A stretch of 64,000 nt of DNA from a virus: IMG/VR virus record IMGVR_UViG_3300023184_000029, positions 96,001 through 160,000 of that record. One strand, 5' to 3'. The stretch's first letter is position 1. Each line of letters starts with the position of its first letter. A program made the position numbers and the translations under genes. Under the pieces are notes generated by a model, which was given only the letters and a program-made list of their open reading frames with translations, was not told the DNA's origin and searched no databases. Shown here piece after piece: positions 55,570-64,000 of this stretch.

Positions 55570-57525
55570 ATGCCATATCTTGCTCCATCAGAAAATTTAT
55601 TCACTATTCAAGAATATCCTGCTAGTCCTAGTGTTCAAGTTAAATACAACGGATCTGGTATACACTCTATAACCGGTCCTGTTCCTATGGTTTCTTTGAA
55701 TAAGAGCATCAATAGATCTGGATCAGGACAGATAGATAATATAGCTACAAACATTAATTTAAGCGGCAAGATTGTTAGATACTCTGGAGAAAGCACTAGC
55801 GATCCTAATGGAAGTGGTATAAAAAGTATAACAAAAGCCATAGCTGATCTTCAGCAATTGTTTGCATCGTGTCCTATTGCTCCTTTTGAAATTACCTGTG
55901 GTACTGACACTGTTTTAGCCGTTAGCGGAGCTAGGGTTAAAAGTTTTAATGCTGAAAGATCAGAAAATAACTGGGTATTAACAGCGGATTACTCTATAGA
56001 GTTAGAGTACTACGAACCCTCGATAGAAGGATCCCCATTAGTTTCTAATACTAGCGATACTTGGTCTATAGAACCGTTGGATGATTATATTTATTCTTCT
56101 TTTAGCATCGGGGTATCACAAAGACCAGAATATAATAATCCTAATTTAAAACCAACCGCCCCAACCGCCGGAAGCACACAGCCAGCGGGTAGTCTTAATG
56201 GATCCAACTCTTCTGCAACATTAAATATTATTAATGTTCCACAATTTAGAATTAGTCATAGATTATCAGCAGTTGGTTTACCAGCTACTGGTTTATGCTA
56301 CTCAAATACCGATAATACCAACGCAGGACCAGGAGCAGCTTATTTAGAAGCAAAAAAATGGGTACAACAAAGAGCAGATATTAGTTTAAACTATAGTCAG
56401 TATAATCAAAATGCTAGTTATAGTGGTTATCCTAATTTTATGAATACTCCTAATATTGGAGGATTTGACAAAACCTTTTTATATAACCATATTAGAACTA
56501 CTAATTTTAGTGCTAGTGAAGGAAGTTATGAAATTAATGATACATGGCTAGCTATGCCAACAGGTATCAAATATGTAGAAGATTATAGTATAGATTCTTC
56601 TACAGATGATAAATTTGTTAAAACTGTAAGAATTCAGGGGAATATCAAAGGACTTAGTATTGAATCATTCGACATAATGGGATCTGGAGGTATGGTTCCA
56701 GATAAGGACGGAAAGATAGATCTAACATATTCTAGTGGACAATTATCTGGACCTCTTAATGGTGTTGGGGGCTTATTAGACGTAAACTCTCAATCATCCA
56801 GTACTAATATCCATAAAAATAAATATGAAAATGCTGTTGACGCATGGATAAATGATATAAAACCATATTTATACCGTAGAGCTTCTTTGGTGCTAAATTC
56901 GCCGGATAGAACATCAGACTATATAAATCCAGCAGCATCTCCAGCACCACCCCCAAATAATCCTATTTATTGTAAAGAAAATTTACTTAATATTATTCCA
57001 GTATCTACAGCGGAAGGACATGATCCAAGAAAAGGTACAATTTCTTATAGTTGTGAGTTTACTAATAGGTTTAAATTAATTAGTGGAGTAATATCAGAAA
57101 GTATTAGTATTAGCGATACTGGACCAACAGATTCTATTAGCGAAACTGTTGTTATTGGTCGTAGATTAGGACCTGTTATTCAATCGTTGAATACAAAAAC
57201 GTCTACTCGTAAAGATATTTCTATAGAAGTTACAGTAGTTCCTCCTTCTAGTGTTAATGGCTTATTTATGACTAATAGTTTATGTCCATTATATACAGGA
57301 GGTACGGTGTATACTACTATAGATCAAATAGTTGAAGGATTAAAGCCATTCGGAGATAGGCCAGCATCTATTTTTGGTAATTTAAGCCGTAGGAATGTGG
57401 CTGGACAGGCATATGTATCAGCGGACAATCAATCATGGAATCCGGCTGATGGACGATATAGTAGACAAGTAACATGGATTTATCAGCATTGTGATAATAA
57501 TTATAGTAATTATCTGGACACATAG
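55570..57525 (+). CDS. Distal tail / baseplate-like protein
   Basis: P.VSL...INLSGKIV...RVKSF...ADYSIELEY tube-like beta pattern; precedes the hub-like gene. Confidence 0.5.
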   Translation: MPYLAPSENLFTIQEYPASPSVQVKYNGSGIHSITGPVPMVSLNKSINRSGSGQIDNIATNINLSGKIVRYSGESTSDPNGSGIKSITKAIADLQQLFASCPIAPFEITCGTDTVLAVSGARVKSFNAERSENNWVLTADYSIELEYYEPSIEGSPLVSNTSDTWSIEPLDDYIYSSFSIGVSQRPEYNNPNLKPTAPTAGSTQPAGSLNGSNSSATLNIINVPQFRISHRLSAVGLPATGLCYSNTDNTNAGPGAAYLEAKKWVQQRADISLNYSQYNQNASYSGYPNFMNTPNIGGFDKTFLYNHIRTTNFSASEGSYEINDTWLAMPTGIKYVEDYSIDSSTDDKFVKTVRIQGNIKGLSIESFDIMGSGGMVPDKDGKIDLTYSSGQLSGPLNGVGGLLDVNSQSSSTNIHKNKYENAVDAWINDIKPYLYRRASLVLNSPDRTSDYINPAASPAPPPNNPIYCKENLLNIIPVSTAEGHDPRKGTISYSCEFTNRFKLISGVISESISISDTGPTDSISETVVIGRRLGPVIQSLNTKTSTRKDISIEVTVVPPSSVNGLFMTNSLCPLYTGGTVYTTIDQIVEGLKPFGDRPASIFGNLSRRNVAGQAYVSADNQSWNPADGRYSRQVTWIYQHCDNNYSNYLDT

Positions 57526-57530
57526 TTTTT

Positions 57531-60500
57531 ATGACAACATTATGCTCCAATTCTAAACTAACAGCTCAAACACTATTCCTAGGAGCTAGTGTTGTAAATT
57601 TTACAACAAATATGGGATGGGGAGGCCAACCATCTCAATTAACTGTGAATCTTATAGAAGATACCTCCCCATGTTTTTCTAATCAATCTACTATTAGACA
57701 ATCTCAATTTACATCAAGATCTTATGCCGATAATCATCACCATACTTGTGTTGATGATGCTTGTTATATAGATGAATTGGGCAGACCTTTTGATTCTAAA
57801 AATGATCCATCTCCTAAAGAACGTATAGTTCCGGGCAAAGTTTATTATGCTTGGGACAATAATAACGGGTTTGTATCACGATACTGGTATGATCAAGACC
57901 CTGGTTTTTTCGGAGACAAAACAGCAATTTCGGTTGATGGAACCTATTCCAATGACCAGAAAACAATCGACGAGTCCAAGGGCTTTGATATAATAAATAC
58001 CCCTGTTTGTTTCAAAATGGGAGATTTCTCGTTTGCTGGTATTGTTAGAGACTGGAGTAGAGATTATGGTAGTGGGGGTAGAAATTATAGGGTTTCTATA
58101 GAAAGTGCCGATTCTTTTTTGGATCAGTGTCATATTATTCTGGGTCAATATGGTGGTTCTATTTTTAGTAAACTATCATCATCTACTTATGGTTCTGGTA
58201 GCAACTATCTTGGAGACAATGACGCCGTTTTAAATTATGGAACTCTAAAACAAGGAAATCTTCCTAATGTATTTAATGTTTATGGTTTTTTAGAGTCTAT
58301 GGGTTTGAATTATTTCGGTGGTTCTAAGTATAATGATGAGGGTATAAGTGCTGTATCTATCATAGATGCACTGTCTGTGCTTACATCAGCAAGATCAGAC
58401 TCCCCCAACGACCCTGCCGCACCACTAAATACTTCTCAAAAAAGAGCCTTTTCTCCATTTGGTAGAATCTTATTAAAAACTGTACAAGAAAATACAACCT
58501 ATACTAGAATTAAACCAGCGTTTGGCTCTTATAGTTTTGGCGTTATACCTCCATCACTAGATATAAATGGTATTGAAAGATGTCACATAGCTTTGGATCT
58601 GTCTGAATTACCTAGACCTCCAATGGACTATAGAATATCTGAGACTGTTATGAGCATAATGAATCTGATCAGAAGAATAACAGATGATACGGGATATGAC
58701 TTCTATTTCGATATGATTCCTGCAACATATTTATCTCAACCTTATACTATTTTAAAAGTTAGAACAGTTTCTAGAGCTAAACAACCAATCCCTAATCAAG
58801 TTGTAAATACTATAGAAGAATTTAAAAAGAATAATATGCCTATATCTGCTAGTAATATAGGTAAAGAAAAAAATGAAACTGCGCCACGAGCAATGTATTT
58901 TGGACCACAGCAACAAAGATTATATCAAGCAAAAAATTATAGACTAGCATACAATCAAACATCATATGTCTATCACCCTGTTTTGCAAACTTTTGTTAAT
59001 TTTTTCCAGCATGAGGGACAAGCAAATCTGGGTAAAATGAGACTTCCTACTAGTTTATCCACAAGAAATCCAGCTTTGTCAACAAAAATTAATGGAGAGG
59101 ATATTACTGCTTTATTTAATAATGACGAAGATATAAAGAATACTCTAGAATTAAATAGGTTTGAGGACATAGATGATATATGGAACGATAAAGAAATTAC
59201 AGATAATAAAACTAATAATAATGTTTTATCTGGAAATTATGGCCCAGCAAAAGCTGTTACAAATAGCAGAGACACCACAGCTAGATTTTTTCCTTTATAT
59301 AAAGATGTTATTTGTCCATTTTTTGGATTTCAGATGGAAGAGACTTTGACCGTTGATACAAATCCTGACAACAACACTTATAGATTAGTTCGTCCAGTAT
59401 TTCTAGACACATGGACTGGCCAATTAGTAGTAAGTATAAATATAGCAGATTTACCAAAAATTAGCGTATCTTTGAATCCTTTTAATCAGGATAAATATTT
59501 TTTACTCTTTGAAACAGAGATGAGAGCGGCTATAGCAGGATTTGATAATTTCTTATTATATTGTTTGGGTAAGATTTTTAAACCGGGTATTTTTCTAATG
59601 CTTGTAGAAGCATATTCTAATCTTGGTATATCTCTTGGTATTTCTAATTTCGATAGTTGTTGGGATAATTCACCCGCTAATATTGCTGCTCGTTCTACTA
59701 CTGGTCATCCTTCTGGTTTTGTGGCTCAAAATACATCTACCAATATTAACGGCGATTTTTTTATTAATCCTAATTTTCTAAAAGACTTAGAGATAATTCA
59801 TTCATATATTCAAAAAATAGCTAATAAATATTATGGCAGAAAATACATGGTAAAAGTTCCAGAATTGGTAAGCTATAGAGACACCCAATATTCTGATATA
59901 CAAATACCAGCAGGATCAGATACTATATCGGTATTTCAGGGTAGTGGTAAAATATACTATAATTATGAGCCAGCTGATGATGGGGCATGGGAAGAATATG
60001 GAAATATTATAGACGATAGTATTTTTGTTGGTAGTCCGTATTACTATGTATTAGCTGATGATAATGGTAAAATTCCTCCCCTATTAGGATATAATGCGTC
60101 AGATTCTTTTGATTATGTTAGTAGGGCCATGTGTGGACTGGATATTTTAAACAAAGCTATCTATGTAGACCCGGCCGCTACCAATTATTATAATTCTCTT
60201 TCGGAGGAACAAAAAGCGGGATATCAATGGAAAAAAGATTATATAAAAACCAACTATGATTATTTATTCCAAGCTAATCTATCAGGAGCTTGTGATGATT
60301 CAAAATTTATTTTTCCATCTTTGGATGTAACAGCTTTATCTGAGGGTAGTTATGTTGTAACCCCTTGTGCAAATCCTGTAAAAAGTGCATTCAATAGAAA
60401 TAACATCCCTTTATCCGCATCAAAAAAACTATATTGTAAAACAAATGTAGAAGATAAAATTATTTTTCTCTCTCCAAAAACATTACAAGAACCCCGTATT

Positions 60501-63500
60501 ATTATAGATTCTCCCGGTATTCCTTTAACGACTACAAGCTATTCATACGAAACAGATCCTAATATTACGATAATAGCTAATGTTGCCTTAGAAGACTTAT
60601 TAATTTATTTGAAAAAAATACCAGTAGGCTCTGAAGATCCTAATTTTGTAGGATATATGATGAGTTTTATTTCTCCTATGATTGGAAATAATGCTTTATT
60701 GTTAGGAAATAATATGGGAAATAATAGTCCTAAATATATGACAATAGCTCCAAAAATGGCGCATCCTTTTTTTGCTGGAATACCCATTAAGAGTAATCAG
60801 TTTTGCTATGGTCCATGGACTAATTATCCTAATCTTATAGCATCAGATATATTTCCAGATGCTAGTAATCCTAATGAAGCTATAGAGAATCTTATAGGAG
60901 GAGTAAAAATAGATCAAAACCAAGATTTTGCTCCGTGGAATTATGGAGGAATGAGTTTCTTAGATCAAAGAGTGATTTCAGAAATACAAAATAATGTTAA
61001 TTACCAACAAGTTCTTGAAACAGCACAGATAGATATGCCTGGCTTGCCTATTTTTGGTTTGGGTTCTAGATTTACCTATTTTACCCCATCTGTTCAAGGA
61101 AATAATCAAATCAAATTTAATAATCAATTATATGATGTAGAAATTGATACTTTAAACTATACAGATGTGAAATATAATACTTCAAATTCAAATCCTGTTC
61201 CTAATGCTCCGTTAGCGGGACAAGTTCTTGTGGGTTTTGACTATAGTAATAGTTCTACTACAAGTTCACCTATTACATATGAGACTATAAAGCTATCATC
61301 AATAAATCCTAATCCTATTGCTCCTTTGATTAGTAGTATTCAGGTAAGTGTAGGAGGATCTATCACAACAACTTATGGTTTTAGAACATATATTAGAAAA
61401 TTAGGATTTTTTAATAAAGAAACCGGCGATAGATTGAAACAAAATGCTTTGATGGGAATCAAAAGAAATAAACAATTTGCATCAATGTCTGGTAGTATTA
61501 TTAGTAGAGTTAATAATGAAAAACAAAGAAGATTAAATGATATTGGCGATAATAGAAAATTAGGCGCTAGGGAAGTAACTTCTAAATTTTATGCTACTAG
61601 TCCCGTAGAAGTAATGTGTGGTTTGGCAAGACCTTTTCTGCCTAATGATAAATTATTTAATGTAAAAAGATTAAGTTATTTACGGCAGAATTTAGAAAAT
61701 CTTGAAAACACCGAAGAAAATACGAATAATGATCAACTAAAAAAACAAATACAAGAAAAAATAAAACAACTTGAGGAGGAAATCAATAATATAATGAGTT
61801 TGCCTTATGGCAGAGACTTGGGGGATGACTCTTCGAAAAACGGCAGTATAACCGGTGATTCTAATGGTATCAATCAGAATAAAAAAAACTTAAGGTATAA
61901 TACCTTTGTTGGTATATATCCAACAAAAGAAATCGCGGTAGAGATGAATGCTGAGTACGCTAATAAATCATTAATGAGTTTAGATGGTTTATTTTCCCCC
62001 GTATCTTTTTATCCGACACTTTTTAATACCACATATCCTTTAGTTCCGTATACATCATCATCATGTCCATATTGTAAGGGTACAAAATCAATATCTGACA
62101 CATATGTTAATAAGCAAGGACAAAACGCTACTGGAACATTCTATTGTTCTTATTGCGCCAATAAAAGAAAAACTATATCGTATTCTTCTAAAACAACCAA
62201 AACATCATCTAGCATAGAAACATTACCTCCTTATATTATTACTGATACTAATGATATTGATACTTTAATTAATTTTAATACAGCTATTAGTAGCTCCTCA
62301 TCAACTTCAGCTGCTAGTAGTTCAGACTCTTCTTCGTCTTCGGAGGAAATACCGGTTAATTTATATAGTTTACAACCAATCGTTGTTCCTTATGGTGAGT
62401 TTAGAAATCCTAATGTACAAAACAATGGAACATATGTAGACAGATGTCGGCACAGCATACGAGTTGTTGCTAAAGGAACTGTGGCTCCTAAAAAAAATCA
62501 GTCTTTAGACATATCTCAAAACTTATTAAAATATATAGATCCGGCAACAAATAAAGAACAAACAGAACGTGGCTTAGGATTTAATGCCGATTACTATCAA
62601 AAAGATATTTTGAATAAGGATAATCCCCAGTTTTTAAATAATCAAAGATTTTTGGGTCTTAGAGGACCCATAATGCTCCACGGATGGGGTTATGATAAGG
62701 AGGGATATCCTATTCCCAATGCTGCTGATGAACCGAAAGAGGTTGATGAATTTGGTAATCCTAAAAGATTTAAATTAACTAGATCAGTATCTACCAGTTC
62801 CACAAAATATTCAAAACTAAAAAACGGAGATCTATTTGTATTAAATAAGACAGATACTATTGATCTTATTAAATCTCCATCTTTATTATTAGATGATTTC
62901 ACTAGTATAGCTGATGATAGAGATGTTCTTAAAGTTGAATATACTAATGATTTATCAGATGAGACAGGTGGTTTTTTACAAGGTCAAAACTCAATATTAG
63001 GAGATATTATTGGTAAAACACAAGAATTTAAGGAGGGTAAATGGACATCAAAGAAAAAACTAAAGCAGTTTTATTTAAACTGGGCGGAAAGGCCAGATTT
63101 ATGGCCAGTAGGACCAATAGACTTAAGATGGGATGAAGAAAAAAGAGTATGGTCTACTACTAGTGATCAAGCTAGTATTTATAAAATGGTTTATGTGGTT
63201 TTGGAAGAGGATTTAGTTAAAGAATATAACTATGATGAAACCTATGTAGCAAGAGGGTTTCTAGATGATTTAGAATATTCATCAGAACCTTTACCTAATG
63301 GACAAAGAAGATTAGTATATGTTAAAGATAGAGCGGGATATACAGCTCCTAGAGGGTGTAAACTTCTCTGTCGATATGATACAGACACTGGTTTCTATGA
63401 GCCGATTACTAAGCCCTCTTTTATTTGTAAAGGAATTATTGATAATGGTAATAAAGCAGTAATACAAATGGCTTATGCTGCTGGTAAAAAAGCAGGTGAA

Positions 63501-63617
63501 ATACCAACAATGTTGGTTTCTTTTAGTAATCCTTTTAATTACACAGTAGTAAAGGATAAAAAAGGAATGTTTACTTTTATGGATGGTAACTGGACTATAA
63601 CCGCTGTTGAGCAATAA
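57531..63617 (+). CDS. Baseplate hub / central tail protein (2028 aa)
   Basis: QTLFLGASVVNF...GWGGQPSQLTVNLIED and FSFAGIV.DW hub-like N-terminus; size and position. Confidence 0.55.
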   Translation: MTTLCSNSKLTAQTLFLGASVVNFTTNMGWGGQPSQLTVNLIEDTSPCFSNQSTIRQSQFTSRSYADNHHHTCVDDACYIDELGRPFDSKNDPSPKERIVPGKVYYAWDNNNGFVSRYWYDQDPGFFGDKTAISVDGTYSNDQKTIDESKGFDIINTPVCFKMGDFSFAGIVRDWSRDYGSGGRNYRVSIESADSFLDQCHIILGQYGGSIFSKLSSSTYGSGSNYLGDNDAVLNYGTLKQGNLPNVFNVYGFLESMGLNYFGGSKYNDEGISAVSIIDALSVLTSARSDSPNDPAAPLNTSQKRAFSPFGRILLKTVQENTTYTRIKPAFGSYSFGVIPPSLDINGIERCHIALDLSELPRPPMDYRISETVMSIMNLIRRITDDTGYDFYFDMIPATYLSQPYTILKVRTVSRAKQPIPNQVVNTIEEFKKNNMPISASNIGKEKNETAPRAMYFGPQQQRLYQAKNYRLAYNQTSYVYHPVLQTFVNFFQHEGQANLGKMRLPTSLSTRNPALSTKINGEDITALFNNDEDIKNTLELNRFEDIDDIWNDKEITDNKTNNNVLSGNYGPAKAVTNSRDTTARFFPLYKDVICPFFGFQMEETLTVDTNPDNNTYRLVRPVFLDTWTGQLVVSINIADLPKISVSLNPFNQDKYFLLFETEMRAAIAGFDNFLLYCLGKIFKPGIFLMLVEAYSNLGISLGISNFDSCWDNSPANIAARSTTGHPSGFVAQNTSTNINGDFFINPNFLKDLEIIHSYIQKIANKYYGRKYMVKVPELVSYRDTQYSDIQIPAGSDTISVFQGSGKIYYNYEPADDGAWEEYGNIIDDSIFVGSPYYYVLADDNGKIPPLLGYNASDSFDYVSRAMCGLDILNKAIYVDPAATNYYNSLSEEQKAGYQWKKDYIKTNYDYLFQANLSGACDDSKFIFPSLDVTALSEGSYVVTPCANPVKSAFNRNNIPLSASKKLYCKTNVEDKIIFLSPKTLQEPRIIIDSPGIPLTTTSYSYETDPNITIIANVALEDLLIYLKKIPVGSEDPNFVGYMMSFISPMIGNNALLLGNNMGNNSPKYMTIAPKMAHPFFAGIPIKSNQFCYGPWTNYPNLIASDIFPDASNPNEAIENLIGGVKIDQNQDFAPWNYGGMSFLDQRVISEIQNNVNYQQVLETAQIDMPGLPIFGLGSRFTYFTPSVQGNNQIKFNNQLYDVEIDTLNYTDVKYNTSNSNPVPNAPLAGQVLVGFDYSNSSTTSSPITYETIKLSSINPNPIAPLISSIQVSVGGSITTTYGFRTYIRKLGFFNKETGDRLKQNALMGIKRNKQFASMSGSIISRVNNEKQRRLNDIGDNRKLGAREVTSKFYATSPVEVMCGLARPFLPNDKLFNVKRLSYLRQNLENLENTEENTNNDQLKKQIQEKIKQLEEEINNIMSLPYGRDLGDDSSKNGSITGDSNGINQNKKNLRYNTFVGIYPTKEIAVEMNAEYANKSLMSLDGLFSPVSFYPTLFNTTYPLVPYTSSSCPYCKGTKSISDTYVNKQGQNATGTFYCSYCANKRKTISYSSKTTKTSSSIETLPPYIITDTNDIDTLINFNTAISSSSSTSAASSSDSSSSSEEIPVNLYSLQPIVVPYGEFRNPNVQNNGTYVDRCRHSIRVVAKGTVAPKKNQSLDISQNLLKYIDPATNKEQTERGLGFNADYYQKDILNKDNPQFLNNQRFLGLRGPIMLHGWGYDKEGYPIPNAADEPKEVDEFGNPKRFKLTRSVSTSSTKYSKLKNGDLFVLNKTDTIDLIKSPSLLLDDFTSIADDRDVLKVEYTNDLSDETGGFLQGQNSILGDIIGKTQEFKEGKWTSKKKLKQFYLNWAERPDLWPVGPIDLRWDEEKRVWSTTSDQASIYKMVYVVLEEDLVKEYNYDETYVARGFLDDLEYSSEPLPNGQRRLVYVKDRAGYTAPRGCKLLCRYDTDTGFYEPITKPSFICKGIIDNGNKAVIQMAYAAGKKAGEIPTMLVSFSNPFNYTVVKDKKGMFTFMDGNWTITAVEQ

Positions 63618-63623
63618 TATATT

Positions 63624-64000
63624 ATGTACCTAAAAGATAATCTTAAAAAATGCACTATAAATAATAGTGTTCTAGCAAATGATTTATCTCCTTATAGTTT
63701 AATAGAAACGTCTAGCTCTATAAAAATTAAATATGAAGAGAATGGTACTGAAAATGAAATTTTTCTTAAATATGATATTTTAAATACTTTGCTAGATAAT
63801 ACTACAGATTTAGATATTTGGCTTCCTGTATTTATCAAGGATGATGCTCATGTTAGTAATAAAGTTTTAGGTAGAAATTCCTCTTTCAGACATAAAAGAT
63901 ATGGTATTGAAAATTTTCTATCATTTGTTCCTTCTTTTAATACCTGGAAAGTATCTAATCCTGACACATTAATAAAATATGATTGGATCATAAACTCATA
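63624..64000 (+). CDS. Hypothetical protein, 3'-truncated at window edge
   Basis: ATG 63624, MYLKDNLKKC..., open to the end of the window. Confidence 0.65.
   Translation, partial: MYLKDNLKKCTINNSVLANDLSPYSLIETSSSIKIKYEENGTENEIFLKYDILNTLLDNTTDLDIWLPVFIKDDAHVSNKVLGRNSSFRHKRYGIENFLSFVPSFNTWKVSNPDTLIKYDWIINS

Noticed and set aside
1-64000. Stop-codon reassignment (TAG/TGA recoding seen in some large phages)
   Set aside because: Multi-kb genes are intact in code 11, and TAG (19302, 21224, 55543, 57525) and TGA end genes at sensible boundaries.
1-64000. tRNA, rRNA or structured ncRNA genes
   Set aside because: Intergenic gaps are short and I saw no cloverleaf or T-loop signatures; tRNAscan-SE or Infernal would be needed to exclude them formally.

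Overview
AT-rich, gene-dense, almost entirely plus-strand segment of a large tailed dsDNA phage (Caudoviricetes, standard code 11), covering the packaging and virion-morphogenesis region. Order: a minus-strand S8 subtilase running off the left edge, a phage sigma-like factor, a candidate small terminase, gmd, HNH and ERCC4 nucleases, large terminase, portal, prohead protease/scaffold, decoration protein, major capsid protein, an appendage cluster, neck and tail-completion genes, tail tube, chaperones, a 4369-aa tape measure protein (TMP), about 14 kb of modular fibre/adhesin genes, then distal-tail- and hub-like genes. No sheath gene is seen, so a non-contractile tail is likely (inference). 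Most notable: (1) the TMP looks like a polyprotein in which repeated xxGG-xx-xxF/Y-xx-GG motifs bracket enzyme-like cargo: a P-loop kinase-like unit plus a HIGH-family nucleotidyltransferase, two PD-(D/E)xK-like units and a ~1000-aa orphan; (2) two fibre proteins carry a circularly permuted FGE-sulfatase (C-type lectin fold) domain; (3) a recurring GTGTA(T/A) motif sits before late gene blocks, including an internal scaffold start, and is a candidate target of the phage sigma factor; (4) a Planctomycete-type E-x-L-E-x-R motif on the S8 protease points to a Planctomycetota host. All annotations come from motif recognition by eye; no database searches were run.
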